A DNA stretch of 44,206 nucleotides, taken from the NCBI GenBank assembly GCA_035512995.1, contig DATKCY010000189.1, positions 1 to 44,206 of the forward strand, read 5' to 3'. Shown piece by piece: positions 21,006-31,356 of this stretch. Made by a program: the position numbers and the translations under genes. Every line of letters starts with the position of its first letter. The first letter of the stretch is position 1. This DNA comes from Thermohalobaculum sp. Its GTDB lineage: Bacteria; Pseudomonadota; Alphaproteobacteria; Rhodobacterales; Rhodobacteraceae. The notes beneath the pieces were generated by a model. That model did not search any database and was not told the DNA's origin. It was given only the letters and a program-made list of their open reading frames with translations.

Positions 21006-22370
21006 ATGAGCGAGCCGAAGAAACTCTACATCAAGACCTATGGCTGTCAGATGAACGCCTATGACAGCGAGCGCATGGCCTCGGCGCTGGCAGCCGACGG
21101 CTATGTTGCGGTCGAGACGCCCGAGGGCGCGGACCTCGTCGTGCTCAACACCTGCCACATCCGCGAGAAGGCGGCCGAGAAGGTTTATTCCGAGCTCGGC
21201 CGTCTGAAGCCGCTGGCCGCGGCCAAGGCTGCCGGGGGCGGCCGCATGGCGATCGCCGTCGCCGGCTGCGTCGCCCAGGCCGAGGGCGAGGAAATCGTCG
21301 CGCGCCAGCCGCTCGTCGACCTCGTGGTCGGGCCGCAGGCCTATCACCGCCTGCCGGCGATGGCCCGCGCGGTCCGCGAGGGCCGCGGCGCCCAGATCGA
21401 CACGGAGTTCCCGGCCGAGGACAAGTTCGACCACCTGCCGCAGGCCCCCGCCCGCCGCCGCGCCCCCGCGGCCTTCCTGACGGTGCAGGAGGGCTGCGAC
21501 AAGTTCTGCGCGTTCTGCGTCGTACCCTACACCCGCGGCGCCGAAGTCTCCCGCCCGGCCGCGCGCGTCCTCGACGAGGCGCGGGCGCTGGTCGCGCGCG
21601 GGGTTGTCGAGATCACGCTGCTCGGTCAGAACGTGAACGCCTGGCACGGCGAGGGGACGGATGGCCGGACCTGGGGCCTCGGCCGGCTGATCCGCGAGTT
21701 GGCCCGGGTCGGGGGGCTCGAGCGCATCCGTTACACGACCTCGCACCCGAACGACATGGACGACGCCCTGATCGCGGCCCATGTCGAGGTGCCGGAGCTG
21801 ATGCCCTATCTGCACCTGCCGGTGCAGGCGGGCTCGGACCGCGTGCTGAAGGCCATGAACCGGCGCCACACGGCGGGGTCCTATATCCGTCTGATCGAGC
21901 GCATCCGCACGGCGCGCCCGGACCTTGCGCTGTCGGGCGACTTTATCGTGGGCTTTCCGGGGGAGAACGACGCGGACTTCGAGGCGACGCTCGCGCTCGT
22001 GCGCGAGGTCCGATACGCCTCGGCCTTTTCCTTCAAGTACTCGCCCCGCCCAGGAACCCCGGCCGCCGGCCAGCCGCAGGTGCCGGAGGACGTGAAGGCC
22101 GAGCGGCTGTCCCGCCTGCAGGCGCTTCTCGCCGAGCAGCAGGACGCGTTCCAGCGCGCCATGGTCGGCCGCCGGATGCCCGTGCTGATCGAAAAGCCGG
22201 GCCGGCACCCGGGCCAGATGGTCGGCCGTTCGCCCTGGCTGCAGGCGGTGCACCTGGACGCGGAGGCGTCGCTCACCGGCCGGATCGTCGACGTGGCGAT
22301 CACCGAGGCGCGGCCGCACAGCCTGGCGGGCCGTCTGGCGGACATGCCGCTCGAGGCCGGCGCCGCGTGA
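21006..22370 (+). CDS. miaB: tRNA-2-methylthio-N6-dimethylallyladenosine synthase
   Basis: [38 protein letters not shown] domain. Confidence 0.97.
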   Translation: MSEPKKLYIKTYGCQMNAYDSERMASALAADGYVAVETPEGADLVVLNTCHIREKAAEKVYSELGRLKPLAAAKAAGGGRMAIAVAGCVAQAEGEEIVARQPLVDLVVGPQAYHRLPAMARAVREGRGAQIDTEFPAEDKFDHLPQAPARRRAPAAFLTVQEGCDKFCAFCVVPYTRGAEVSRPAARVLDEARALVARGVVEITLLGQNVNAWHGEGTDGRTWGLGRLIRELARVGGLERIRYTTSHPNDMDDALIAAHVEVPELMPYLHLPVQAGSDRVLKAMNRRHTAGSYIRLIERIRTARPDLALSGDFIVGFPGENDADFEATLALVREVRYASAFSFKYSPRPGTPAAGQPQVPEDVKAERLSRLQALLAEQQDAFQRAMVGRRMPVLIEKPGRHPGQMVGRSPWLQAVHLDAEASLTGRIVDVAITEARPHSLAGRLADMPLEAGAA

Positions 22371-22505
22371 GGTTGGTCGTCCCCGTCTTTCGTGCACGCG
22401 CGCCCGCCCCGCATTGTGACACGCAGGCGACGCCCTTTTCCCTTGCGCCCCGCGCCCTCCTGCCACAGCATGTTGTTGTGAGAGCGTGGCGGGAGACAAT
22501 GATCG

Positions 22506-23537
22506 GTGGCGAACTGCATCTTTTCGGATCTCTCGATGCCTGACGCCGCCCTCGACGAAACGCTGCTCGAATTTCCCGACAACCGCCTGCTGATCGACCT
22601 CTGCGGTCAGTTCGACCGCAATCTCGCGGCGATGGAACAGGGGTTCGGCGTCGCGATCCTGCGCCGGGGCAACCAGCTCGCGGTCCACGGCTCGGCGGAG
22701 GCGCGCGAGCAGACGGTGGGGGCGCTCACCCAGCTCTACCAGCGGCTCGAGGAAGGCCGCCCGGCCGAGCAGGGCGACATCGACGCGCTGATCCGCATGG
22801 GGACATTTGCGCCCGTGGAGGAGGCGGCGCCGGAGCCCGACGCCCAGCTCGACATGTTCCCGGGCGGGCGGCTCGAGATCCGGACCCGCAAGAAGGTGAT
22901 CGAGCCGCGCTCGCCGACCCAGCGCCGCTACGTCGCCGACCTGTTCCGGCGCGAGCTGGTCTTCGGAATCGGCCCCGCCGGCACGGGCAAGACCTACCTC
23001 GCCGTCGCCGCCGCCGTCGCCATGTTCCTCGAGGAGAAGGTCGACCGCATCATCCTGTCGCGCCCGGCGGTCGAGGCGGGCGAGCGCCTGGGCTTCCTGC
23101 CGGGCGACATGAAGGAGAAGATCGACCCCTATCTGCGCCCGCTCTATGACGCGCTCGGCGACATGATCCCGGGCCGCCAGGTCGCGAAGCTGATGGAGGA
23201 GGGCAAGATCGAGGTGGCGCCGCTGGCCTTCATGCGCGGGCGCACGCTCGCCAACGCCTTCATCGTGCTCGACGAGGCGCAGAACACGACCGAGATGCAG
23301 ATGAAGATGTTCTTGACCCGCATGGGCGAGGGCAGCCGCATGGCGGTCACCGGCGACCCGACCCAGATCGACCTGCCGCGCGGAACGTCGAGCGGGCTTA
23401 TCGAGGCGCTCCGCGTGCTCGAGCACGTCCCCGAGATCGGCTTCGTCCGCTTCGCCTCGGGCGACGTGATCCGCCACCCGATGGTCGCGCGCATCGTCGA
23501 CGCCTACGACAGCGCCGGCCGGCGCGAGAGGCCGTGA
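22506..23537 (+). CDS. phoH: PhoH-family ATPase (YbeZ)
   Basis: [38 protein letters not shown]; start is GTG 22506 or ATG 22536. Confidence 0.95.
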   Translation: MANCIFSDLSMPDAALDETLLEFPDNRLLIDLCGQFDRNLAAMEQGFGVAILRRGNQLAVHGSAEAREQTVGALTQLYQRLEEGRPAEQGDIDALIRMGTFAPVEEAAPEPDAQLDMFPGGRLEIRTRKKVIEPRSPTQRRYVADLFRRELVFGIGPAGTGKTYLAVAAAVAMFLEEKVDRIILSRPAVEAGERLGFLPGDMKEKIDPYLRPLYDALGDMIPGRQVAKLMEEGKIEVAPLAFMRGRTLANAFIVLDEAQNTTEMQMKMFLTRMGEGSRMAVTGDPTQIDLPRGTSSGLIEALRVLEHVPEIGFVRFASGDVIRHPMVARIVDAYDSAGRRERP

Positions 23538-24082
23538 CGGAGCCGGAGCCCGTCGTCGAGCTCATCGTGGACGAGCCGGGATGGCAGGCGCGGCTTCCCG
23601 ATCTCGCCGAAATCGCCGAGGCCGCGGCCCGTGCGGCGCTCGACGCGACCGGGCTGGCGCCGGCCGGAATGACGATCGCGCTCCTTGCCTGCGACGACGC
23701 CGGGATCGCCCTGCTGAACGCCCGGTTCCGCGGGCGGGATCGTCCGACGAACGTCCTCTCCTGGCCCGCCTACGACCTTGGGCCGGGCGCGCCCGGGGCG
23801 CGCCCGCCGGCGCCGCCGGAACATGCGGAGCATCTGGGCGACGTCGCGATCGCCCTCCAGACCACCATGCGCGAGGCCGACGAGCGCGGGATTTCCTTGA
23901 AATCTCACGCGACGCACCTGATCTTACACGGGTGCCTGCATCTCCTCGGCTACGACCACGACCGGGCGGAGGACGCAGACCTGATGGAGGGGATCGAGAC
24001 CCGGACGCTGATCCGGCTCGGTATAGCGGATCCCTACCTGATCGTTGACCCCGGTGCGGCCGCGCCGCACCCTGAACGATAG
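23534..24082 (+). CDS. ybeY: rRNA maturation endoribonuclease
   Basis: RGRDRPTNVLSWP, LGDVAIA, HGCLHLLGYDH. Confidence 0.95.
   Translation: MTEPEPVVELIVDEPGWQARLPDLAEIAEAAARAALDATGLAPAGMTIALLACDDAGIALLNARFRGRDRPTNVLSWPAYDLGPGAPGARPPAPPEHAEHLGDVAIALQTTMREADERGISLKSHATHLILHGCLHLLGYDHDRAEDADLMEGIETRTLIRLGIADPYLIVDPGAAAPHPER
23896..23924 (+). promoter_or_regulatory. Candidate RpoH-type promoter inside ybeY (CTTGAA-N16-CTGATCT)
   Basis: The motif coincides with a run of AT-rich codons atypical for this DNA (ATT, TTG, AAA, TCT, TTA). Confidence 0.5.
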
Positions 24083-24086
24083 AGCG

Positions 24087-25055
24087 ATGGACGACAGCTC
24101 CGACTCCCGCCTCGATGGCGACGCCCCGAAACGCGGCGAGACCTCCTCCGACGAAGACGACGGCAGTCCGTCGGAACAACCTTTCCTGGTGAGGATGTTG
24201 CAGCGCGCGAGCGACGCGTTCGGCAACGGCGCCCACGAAGAGGACGAGGCGGGTCACGAACTCGCCCGCGCGCTCGAGGAGTGCTCGCCCGCCGAGAAGG
24301 TGATGATCGCCAACATCCTGCGGCTGCGCGACCTGCGGGTGGAGGACGTGATGACGCCGCGGGCCGACATCATCTCGGTGCCGGCGGACGCGGCCCTCGA
24401 CGACGTGATCGGCGCGTTCGAGCGCGGCTCGCTCTCGCGCCTGCCGGTCTACCGCGAGACGCTGGACGATCCGATGGGCTTCGTGCACCTGAAGGATCTG
24501 GCGCTCGCCTATGGCGTCGGCTGCGCCCGGCCCGGCCAGGACTTCAGGCTCGAGAACCACGTCCGCCCGATGCTGTTCGTGCCGCCCTCGATGCGGATCG
24601 CCTCGCTGTTGCAGCGGATGCAGGCGAGCCGCGTGCACATGGCGCTCGTGATCGACGAGTTCGGCGGAGTCGATGGGCTTCTGACCATCGAGGATCTGGT
24701 CGAGCAGATCGTCGGCGACATCGAGGACGAGCACGACGAGGAGGAGCTGGCGCTCTGGCGCGAGGAACTCCCGGGCGTCTGGCTCGTCAGCGCCCGCGCC
24801 GATATCGAGGAGTTCGAGGAGCAGACCGGCGTCCGCCTGCAGCCCGACGACTGGGATGAGGAGGCGGACACGCTGGGCGGGCTCGTGTTCACCCTGACCC
24901 ACCGCGTGCCGGCTCGGGGCGAGGTCGTGTTCCACCCCGCGGGCCACGAGTTCGAGGTGGTCGATGCCGACCCGCGCCGCATCAAGCGCCTGCGCCTGAC
25001 GCTCCGCGGCTCCGGCAACGGCGACGCTGCCCAGCCGCGCGAGGCCGCCGAATAA
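24087..25055 (+). CDS. corC: CorC/HlyC family CBS-domain protein
   Basis: VEDVMTPRADI, SRLPVYRETLDD, HMALVIDEFGGVDGLLTIEDLVEQIVGDIEDEHD, DTLGG. Confidence 0.92.
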   Translation: MDDSSDSRLDGDAPKRGETSSDEDDGSPSEQPFLVRMLQRASDAFGNGAHEEDEAGHELARALEECSPAEKVMIANILRLRDLRVEDVMTPRADIISVPADAALDDVIGAFERGSLSRLPVYRETLDDPMGFVHLKDLALAYGVGCARPGQDFRLENHVRPMLFVPPSMRIASLLQRMQASRVHMALVIDEFGGVDGLLTIEDLVEQIVGDIEDEHDEEELALWREELPGVWLVSARADIEEFEEQTGVRLQPDDWDEEADTLGGLVFTLTHRVPARGEVVFHPAGHEFEVVDADPRRIKRLRLTLRGSGNGDAAQPREAAE

Positions 25056-25071
25056 CCTGCCGGAGCGAGCC

Positions 25072-26610
25072 CTGAGCGCCGTCCCGCGGCCTGTCCGCTG
25101 GCTGAGCCGTCGTGGCGGCTGGGCCCGCACGGGGATCGCAGTCCTCGCGGGCGCCCTGATGACGGCGGCCCAGCCGCCGCTGTCGCAGCCCTGGGTGCTC
25201 TTCGCGGCCCTGCCCCTGGTCGTCTGGCTCGTGGATGCTGCGCCCGGCCATGCTTTCTTGACCGGCTGGGCGGTTGCCTTCGGCTACTTCACGACCGGCC
25301 TATACTGGATCGGCCACGCCTTCCTAGTCGATGCGGCGCGCTTCGCCTGGATGATGCCGTTCGCGGTGACCATCCTGCCGGCCTTTCTCGGCCTCTTCTG
25401 GGGTGCCGCCTTCTGGGCGGCGGCGCGTCGCTGGACGTCCCCTTGGACACGGGTCCTGGTGCTGGCCGGCTGGCTGACGCTGATCGAATACGCCCGCGCC
25501 AAGGTGCTGACGGGCTTCCCCTGGGCGCTGCCGGCCTATGCCTGGACGGAGACGCCGGTCGCGCAGGCGCTGGCCTGGATAGGGCCCTTCGGCCTGACGC
25601 TCGCGACGCTCGCGCTGGCGGCGCTGCCGGCGATCGGGCTCGCCGGCCGGGGCGTCGGCGGCCGGATCGCGGCGGCCGTGGCATTGTCGCTGCTGGCGGG
25701 GTTGTGGCTCGCGGGGGCGGAGCGTCTGGCGAAGCCGCCCCCCGCCGCCCCGGACGCGCCGGTGCTGCGCGTCGTCCAGCCAAATGCGACCCAGAAGCTC
25801 AAATGGCACCCCGACTGGGCGCCCGTCTTCTACCGCCGGCTGCTCGACGAGAGCGCGGCGCCGGCATCACCCTCGCTCGGCCCCCCGGACGCGGTCATCT
25901 GGCCGGAGACGGCGGTGCCGTTCCTGCCGGCCGAGGCGCCGGAGCGGCTGGCGGAGATCGCGGCGGCCGGCCAGGGGGCGCCGGTGATTCTCGGCGCGCT
26001 TCACCGGCAGGCGCCGGGCGGGCGGCTCTCCAACTCGCTGATGGTGCTCGCGGACGGCGCGATCAGCGCCCGCTACGACAAGCATCACCTGGTCCCCTTC
26101 GGCGAGTACCTGCCCTATCCGTGGCTCTTCGCGCCGCTCGGCTTCGAGAAGCTCGTGCCGGGGGCGGGCTTCGACCCGGGTCCGGGCCCGCGCGTGCTGG
26201 AGGCGCCCGGCCTGCCGCCGTTTTCCGCCCTCGTCTGCTACGAGATGATCTTTCCGGACGAGGTGGTGCCCGACAGCGCCCGGCCGGCCTGGCTGCTGCA
26301 GGTCACCAACGACGCCTGGTTCGGCGCCTGGGGCGGGCCGCAGCAGCACCTGGCGCAGGCGCGGGCGCGGGCGATCGAGCAGGGACTTCCGGTGGTCCGC
26401 GCCGCCAACACCGGCGTCTCGGCGCATATCGACGCCCACGGCCGGCTCCTCCAGACCCTCGGCCTCGACCGGCACGGCCGCCTCGACTTCCGCCTGGCGG
26501 CGCCGCTGCCGCCCACGCCCTATGTCCGCATGGGCGATTGGCCGGCGCTCGTCCTTGCGCTCGTCCTGGGAGTGTTTCCGCTGTCCCGCAGAATTGTCAC
26601 AGTTGAATGA
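25072..26610 (+). CDS. lnt: Apolipoprotein N-acyltransferase (probable CTG start at 25072; first ATG at 25159)
   Basis: TGFPW, VQPN, IWPETA, YDKHHLVPFGEY, LVCYE, TNDAWFG, RAANTGVS. Confidence 0.93.
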   Translation: MSAVPRPVRWLSRRGGWARTGIAVLAGALMTAAQPPLSQPWVLFAALPLVVWLVDAAPGHAFLTGWAVAFGYFTTGLYWIGHAFLVDAARFAWMMPFAVTILPAFLGLFWGAAFWAAARRWTSPWTRVLVLAGWLTLIEYARAKVLTGFPWALPAYAWTETPVAQALAWIGPFGLTLATLALAALPAIGLAGRGVGGRIAAAVALSLLAGLWLAGAERLAKPPPAAPDAPVLRVVQPNATQKLKWHPDWAPVFYRRLLDESAAPASPSLGPPDAVIWPETAVPFLPAEAPERLAEIAAAGQGAPVILGALHRQAPGGRLSNSLMVLADGAISARYDKHHLVPFGEYLPYPWLFAPLGFEKLVPGAGFDPGPGPRVLEAPGLPPFSALVCYEMIFPDEVVPDSARPAWLLQVTNDAWFGAWGGPQQHLAQARARAIEQGLPVVRAANTGVSAHIDAHGRLLQTLGLDRHGRLDFRLAAPLPPTPYVRMGDWPALVLALVLGVFPLSRRIVTVE

Positions 26611-26778
26611 CGGAGTGTCGCAGCGCGGTTAAGCAGCGCCCTCGAGGAGAACATTCGAGGCACGCGGGAGGGCTGAACCGTCTGGCCTCCGAGTGCGTTT
26701 AGCGTCCTGAGGGCATGAGCTTCTGCCGCGCTCCGGCGCGGCGTTGCGTTCCTGCCCACGCTGACGGAACCGTTGCGC

Positions 26779-27186
26779 ATGATCAAGACCGCCGACGACA
26801 TCGACGCTCACATCGGCAGCCGCGTGCGCTTGCGCCGGCTGACCTCCGGGATCAGCCAGGAGCAGCTGGGCGCCGCGCTCGGCGTGACGTTCCAGCAGGT
26901 GCAGAAGTACGAGAAGGGCACGAATCGGATCGGCGCGGGCCGTCTCTACCGGATCAGCCGGATCCTCGGTGTGCCGGTGTCCTGGTTCTACGAAGGCCTC
27001 TGCCAGACCAACGGCGCTAGCCACGTCGGGGTCGCGGCCGATCGCAACGGCGCCGAGATCACCGACTTCATCTCGACGCCCGAGGGCTATGCGCTGAACC
27101 GCGCCTTCAGCCGCATCGAGCACGGCGCCACCCGGCGCCGGCTCGTCGACCTGGTGCGCACCATCGCCGAGGCCGACGGCCGCTGA
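26779..27186 (+). CDS. XRE-family HTH transcriptional regulator
   Basis: IGSRVRLRR..SQEQLG..GVTFQQVQKYEKGTNRIGAGRL. Confidence 0.92.
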   Translation: MIKTADDIDAHIGSRVRLRRLTSGISQEQLGAALGVTFQQVQKYEKGTNRIGAGRLYRISRILGVPVSWFYEGLCQTNGASHVGVAADRNGAEITDFISTPEGYALNRAFSRIEHGATRRRLVDLVRTIAEADGR

Positions 27187-27285
27187 TCGCCGCTGCTTGA
27201 CGCTCAACCGCCCGCGTGCCAAATGGGCGGCCCGCGCCGCTTCGGGGAAGGCGGCGCCATCACCGTCCACGGAGGCGCCGGGTCG

Positions 27286-28446
27286 ATGGACCGCAAGCAC
27301 CACCTCTTCACCTCCGAATCCGTCTCGGAGGGGCATCCGGACAAGGTCTGCGACCAGATCTCCGACGCCGTGGTCGACATGATCATCGGTCGCGAGCCCG
27401 AGGCGCGCGTCGCGGTCGAGACCGCGGCCACGACCAACAAGGTCGTGCTGATGGGCGAGGTCAAGATCTCCGAGGAGAACGCGTTCGAGCCTGACGAGCT
27501 CTGCGAGGTCGCGCGCGGCGTCATTCGCGACATCGGCTACATGCAGAAGGGCTTCCACTTCGGCACCTGCTCGATCGACTCCTATGTCCACGAGCAGTCG
27601 TCCGACATCGGCCAGGGCGTCGACAACGAGGGAGCGGGCGACCAGGGGATCATGTTCGGCTTCGCGACCGACGAGACGCCCGAGATGATGCCGGCGCCGA
27701 TCCTCTACGCCCACAAGATCCTGCGCCTGATGGCCGAGGCGCGCCATGCCGGGCGGGAGCCGGCGCTCGGCCCCGACGCGAAGAGCCAGGTGACGGTCGA
27801 GTACCGCGACGGCAAGCCGGTCGGCGCCGACACGATCGTCGTCTCGACCCAGCACCTCGACGGCGACATGACTTCGGACGACGTGCGCGCCGTGGTCGAG
27901 CCTTACGTGCGCGAGGCGCTGCCCGACGGCTGGATCAGGAACTCGACCAAGTGGCACGTGAACCCGACCGGGCGCTTCGTCATCGGTGGTCCCGACGGCG
28001 ACGCGGGGCTGACGGGCCGCAAGATCATCGTCGACACCTATGGCGGCGCGGCGCCCCACGGCGGCGGCGCCTTCTCGGGCAAGGACCCGACCAAGGTCGA
28101 CCGCTCGGCCGCCTACGCCGCGCGCTACGTCGCCAAGAACATCGTCGCCGCGGGCCTCGCCAGGCGCTGCACGATCCAGCTCGCCTACGCGATCGGGATC
28201 GCCGAGCCGCTGGCGATCTACGTCGACACGCACGGCACCGGCGAGGTGCCGCCCGAGAAGATCGAGAAGGCGATCCGCAACGAGGTCGACCTGACCCCGC
28301 GCGGCATCCGCGTGCGCCTCGGCCTCGACCGGCCGATCTATCGCAAGACCGCCGCCTACGGCCACTTCGGCCGCGAGCCGGAGCCCGATGGCTGCTTCAG
28401 TTGGGAAAGGACGGACCTGGCGGACGCGCTGAAGGGTGCCGTCTAG
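27286..28446 (+). CDS. metK: S-adenosylmethionine synthetase
   Basis: [35 protein letters not shown]. Confidence 0.98.
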   Translation: MDRKHHLFTSESVSEGHPDKVCDQISDAVVDMIIGREPEARVAVETAATTNKVVLMGEVKISEENAFEPDELCEVARGVIRDIGYMQKGFHFGTCSIDSYVHEQSSDIGQGVDNEGAGDQGIMFGFATDETPEMMPAPILYAHKILRLMAEARHAGREPALGPDAKSQVTVEYRDGKPVGADTIVVSTQHLDGDMTSDDVRAVVEPYVREALPDGWIRNSTKWHVNPTGRFVIGGPDGDAGLTGRKIIVDTYGGAAPHGGGAFSGKDPTKVDRSAAYAARYVAKNIVAAGLARRCTIQLAYAIGIAEPLAIYVDTHGTGEVPPEKIEKAIRNEVDLTPRGIRVRLGLDRPIYRKTAAYGHFGREPEPDGCFSWERTDLADALKGAV

Positions 28447-28511
28447 TCGGAACGGCTGACGCGCGGCAACGAGCCGTCCGGCCTTCTCCCGCGCGGATAC
28501 GAGGCACGCAA

Positions 28512-29243
28512 ATGGGGAGGAGGCGGGCGGGCGATCGCCCTTGGCGCAACCTCTACGGCCGTCGGCAGGGCAAGAAGCTCAGGCCGGGCCAGCAGCGGCT
28601 GATCGAGACGCGGCTGGAGGCGCTCGCGCCGCCGGGCGTCTCGTGGGAGGAGAATCCGGAGCGCCGGCCGATCGAACTCGGCGCGCTCTTCCCCGAAGCT
28701 CGCGAGGTCTGGATCGAGATCGGCTTCGGCGGCGGCGAGCACCTGCTCGCGATTGCGGAGGCCCATCCCGAGGTGGGCCTGATCGGCTGCGAGCCCTTCG
28801 TCTCCGGCGTCGCCAAGCTGATCAGCGCGATCGAGCGTGCGGGGCTGCGCCGGAACCTGCGCATCCATGCCGGCGATGCGCGCGACCTGCTCGACGTGCT
28901 GCCGGACGCTTCGGTCGGGCGGGTCTATCTCAACTATCCCGATCCGTGGCCGAAGGCGCGCCACCACAAGCGGCGCTTTGTCAGTGACCAGAACCTCGCG
29001 GAGCTATCCCGCGTGATGCGTCCGGGCGCGGAGCTCCGCCTTGCGACCGACATCCCCGACTATGCCCGCCACAGCCTCGAGGCGATCGCGCGTGCCCCTC
29101 GTCTCGACTGGACTGCCGAGCGTCCCGCGGACTGGCGGCAGCCATGGCCGGGCTGGCCCGGCACGCGCTACGAGGCCAAGGCGCTCCGCGAGGGGCGGAC
29201 GCCGCACTACTTGCGCTTCGTGCGAACGACTGATTTTTTATAG
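28512..29243 (+). CDS. trmB: tRNA (guanine-N7)-methyltransferase
   Basis: [39 protein letters not shown]. Confidence 0.96.
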   Translation: MGRRRAGDRPWRNLYGRRQGKKLRPGQQRLIETRLEALAPPGVSWEENPERRPIELGALFPEAREVWIEIGFGGGEHLLAIAEAHPEVGLIGCEPFVSGVAKLISAIERAGLRRNLRIHAGDARDLLDVLPDASVGRVYLNYPDPWPKARHHKRRFVSDQNLAELSRVMRPGAELRLATDIPDYARHSLEAIARAPRLDWTAERPADWRQPWPGWPGTRYEAKALREGRTPHYLRFVRTTDFL

Positions 29244-29314
29244 TAAATAAGGAAATAAGGCCGGAATTGGACGGCTGCTGCCTCAACCGCGCCAAGAAGT
29301 TTCGTATTGTGGCT

Positions 29315-29476
29315 CGCGTGGTTGGCCGCAGCCGGCAACGGCCTGGTCAGCCGCTGGCGCGCCCGGGCGGGGGGAGCACTGGGGGACGTTCGGCGCCGCG
29401 CCAACGCTTATCACACGTGCTGCTTGATGCGTACCGGCCCCGGAGCCCTCGAGAGGGTTCCGGGGCCGCTGCCTTT
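29315..29476 (+). ncRNA. Putative structured small RNA, family not recognised
   Basis: AT-rich upstream tract, long hairpin with GCAA tetraloop and plus-strand G-U pairs, second stem-loop, strong terminal hairpin; no credible ORF. Boundaries approximate. Confidence 0.5.
29435..29476 (+). terminator. Terminator-like hairpin
   Basis: 15-bp stem CGGCCCCGGAGCCCT/AGGGTTCCGGGGCCG (one G-U), 4-nt loop, followed by CTGCCTTT (weak U-tract). Confidence 0.65.
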
Positions 29477-29590
29477 GCGGCCGCGCCGCCCGCCGGACCC
29501 CGCCCGCTCCGCCGTCCGGGCGGGGTGGACGCGGGCGTGGGCCGGGCGCTATATCCGGCCCTCCGCCCGCAGCCGGACCGCATGGCACCG

Positions 29591-30934
29591 ATGTCGTCCA
29601 ACCCGCAGCCGCAACCCGTCCGCGCGCTCAGATCCCGCGGCCTCGCGGGGCGGGCGGTCGTGCCCGGCGACAAGTCGGTGTCGCACCGGGCGCTGATCCT
29701 CGGCGCGCTGACCGTCGGCCCGACGCGCATCACGGGGCTGCTCGAGGGCGAGGACGTGCTCGCGACGGCGGCCGCGATGCGCGCCTTCGGGGCCGAGGTC
29801 GAGCGCACCGGCCCCGGCGCCTGGACGGTGCACGGCGTCGGCGTCGGCGGGTTCGGCGAGCCCGAGTACGTGATCGACTGCGGCAATGCGGGCACCGGCG
29901 TGCGCCTCGTCATGGGCGCGATGGCGACGACCGCGGTCACCGCCACCTTCACCGGCGACGCCTCGCTGAGACGCAGGCCGATGGGCCGCATCCTGGACCC
30001 GCTCGCGCTCTTCGGCGCTCGGGCGACCGGGCGCGCCGGCGGGCTTCTGCCGCTGACGCTGACCGGCGCGGCCGAGCCGGTGCCGGTCGAGTACCGGCTT
30101 CCGGTCGCCTCGGCGCAGGTGAAGTCGGCGGTGCTGCTCGCCGGGCTCAACGCGCCGGGCGAGACCGTGGTGATCGAGCCCGTCGCGACCCGCGACCACA
30201 CCGAGCGGATGCTCGCGGCCTTCGGCGCCAGGATCGCGGTCGAGGAGGGGGCGGACGGCGCCCGCACGATCCGCCTGTCCGGCCAGCCCGAGCTCGAGCC
30301 GCAGGCGATCGCGGTGCCGCGCGACCCGTCCTCGGCGGCTTTCCCGATCGCAGCCGCCCTGATCGCGGAGGGCTCGCAGGTCACGGTTCCCGGCGTCGCG
30401 CTCAACCCGACCCGCGACGGCCTGATCCGCACGCTCCGCGAGATGGGCGCCGACATCGCGCTCGAGAACCCGCGCGAGGAGGGTGGGGAGCCTGTGGCCG
30501 ACCTCCACGTCCGCGCCTCCCGTCTCCAGGGCGTCACCGTGCCGCCGGAGCGCGCGCCGTCGATGATCGACGAGTACCCGGTGCTCGCCTGCCTCGCCGC
30601 CTTCGCCGAGGGCGACACGGTCATGCGCGGCCTCGACGAGCTGCGCGTGAAGGAGAGCGACCGCATTGCCGCCACCGTCGCGGGCCTCCGCGCCAACGGC
30701 GTCGAGGTGAAGGAGGAGGAGGACGGCATGGTCGTTCACGGCTCCGGCCGCGTTCCCGGCGGCGGCACGGTCGCGACCCATCTCGACCACCGCATGGCGA
30801 TGAGCTTTCTGGTCCTCGGCCTCGGCGCGGACGAGCCGGTGACGGTGGACGATGCCGCCCCGATCGCGACGAGCTTCCCGGCCTTCCTGCCGTTGCTGCG
30901 CTCGCTCGGCGCCCGGCTGGAGGACGCCCGATGA
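29591..30934 (+). CDS. aroA: EPSP synthase (class II)
   Basis: [45 protein letters not shown]; start 29591 or 29582. Confidence 0.97.
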   Translation: MSSNPQPQPVRALRSRGLAGRAVVPGDKSVSHRALILGALTVGPTRITGLLEGEDVLATAAAMRAFGAEVERTGPGAWTVHGVGVGGFGEPEYVIDCGNAGTGVRLVMGAMATTAVTATFTGDASLRRRPMGRILDPLALFGARATGRAGGLLPLTLTGAAEPVPVEYRLPVASAQVKSAVLLAGLNAPGETVVIEPVATRDHTERMLAAFGARIAVEEGADGARTIRLSGQPELEPQAIAVPRDPSSAAFPIAAALIAEGSQVTVPGVALNPTRDGLIRTLREMGADIALENPREEGGEPVADLHVRASRLQGVTVPPERAPSMIDEYPVLACLAAFAEGDTVMRGLDELRVKESDRIAATVAGLRANGVEVKEEEDGMVVHGSGRVPGGGTVATHLDHRMAMSFLVLGLGADEPVTVDDAAPIATSFPAFLPLLRSLGARLEDAR

Positions 30935-31356
30935 CCGGCCACACCGGCGGCTGCGCCTGCGGCGCCGTGCGATACCGCGTCGCCGGCCCGCTCAGGCCGG
31001 TCATCGCCTGCCATTGCACCGAATGCCGGCGCATGAGCGGCCACTACGCGGCCGCGACCGCCTGCCGGCGCGAGTGCCTGCGCCTCGAGGCGGCCGCATC
31101 CCTTCGCTGGTGGTCGTCATCCGCCGATCACCGCCGCGGCTTCTGCGCCGAGTGCGGCTCGCTCCTGTTCTGGGAGCGGGAGGGAACCGCGGGCACGTCG
31201 ATCTTCGCCGGCACGCTCGACCAGCCGACGGGCCTCACGCTGGCCGGACACATCTACACCGCCGAGAAGGGCGACTACTACGAGATCGCCGATGGCCTGC
31301 CGCAGGCGGAGCGGCGCGACCCGACCCTCACGACGCAGATGGGAGAAGGCGGATGA
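30931..31356 (+). CDS. GFA/CENP-V family zinc protein
   Basis: [31 protein letters not shown]. Confidence 0.92.
   Translation: MTGHTGGCACGAVRYRVAGPLRPVIACHCTECRRMSGHYAAATACRRECLRLEAAASLRWWSSSADHRRGFCAECGSLLFWEREGTAGTSIFAGTLDQPTGLTLAGHIYTAEKGDYYEIADGLPQAERRDPTLTTQMGEGG

Noticed and set aside
20373-23477. 1034-aa minus-strand ORF and similar long ORFs (3567-6227, 32137-34020, 41103-43493)
   Set aside because: Shadow frames opposite well-identified genes, with no recognisable motifs of their own.
29399-29430. tmRNA tag-like reading (GCC AAC..) or a small peptide in the trmB-aroA gap
   Set aside because: Does not encode an ANDN..AA tag, has no tRNA-like domain, and no start codon with an RBS.
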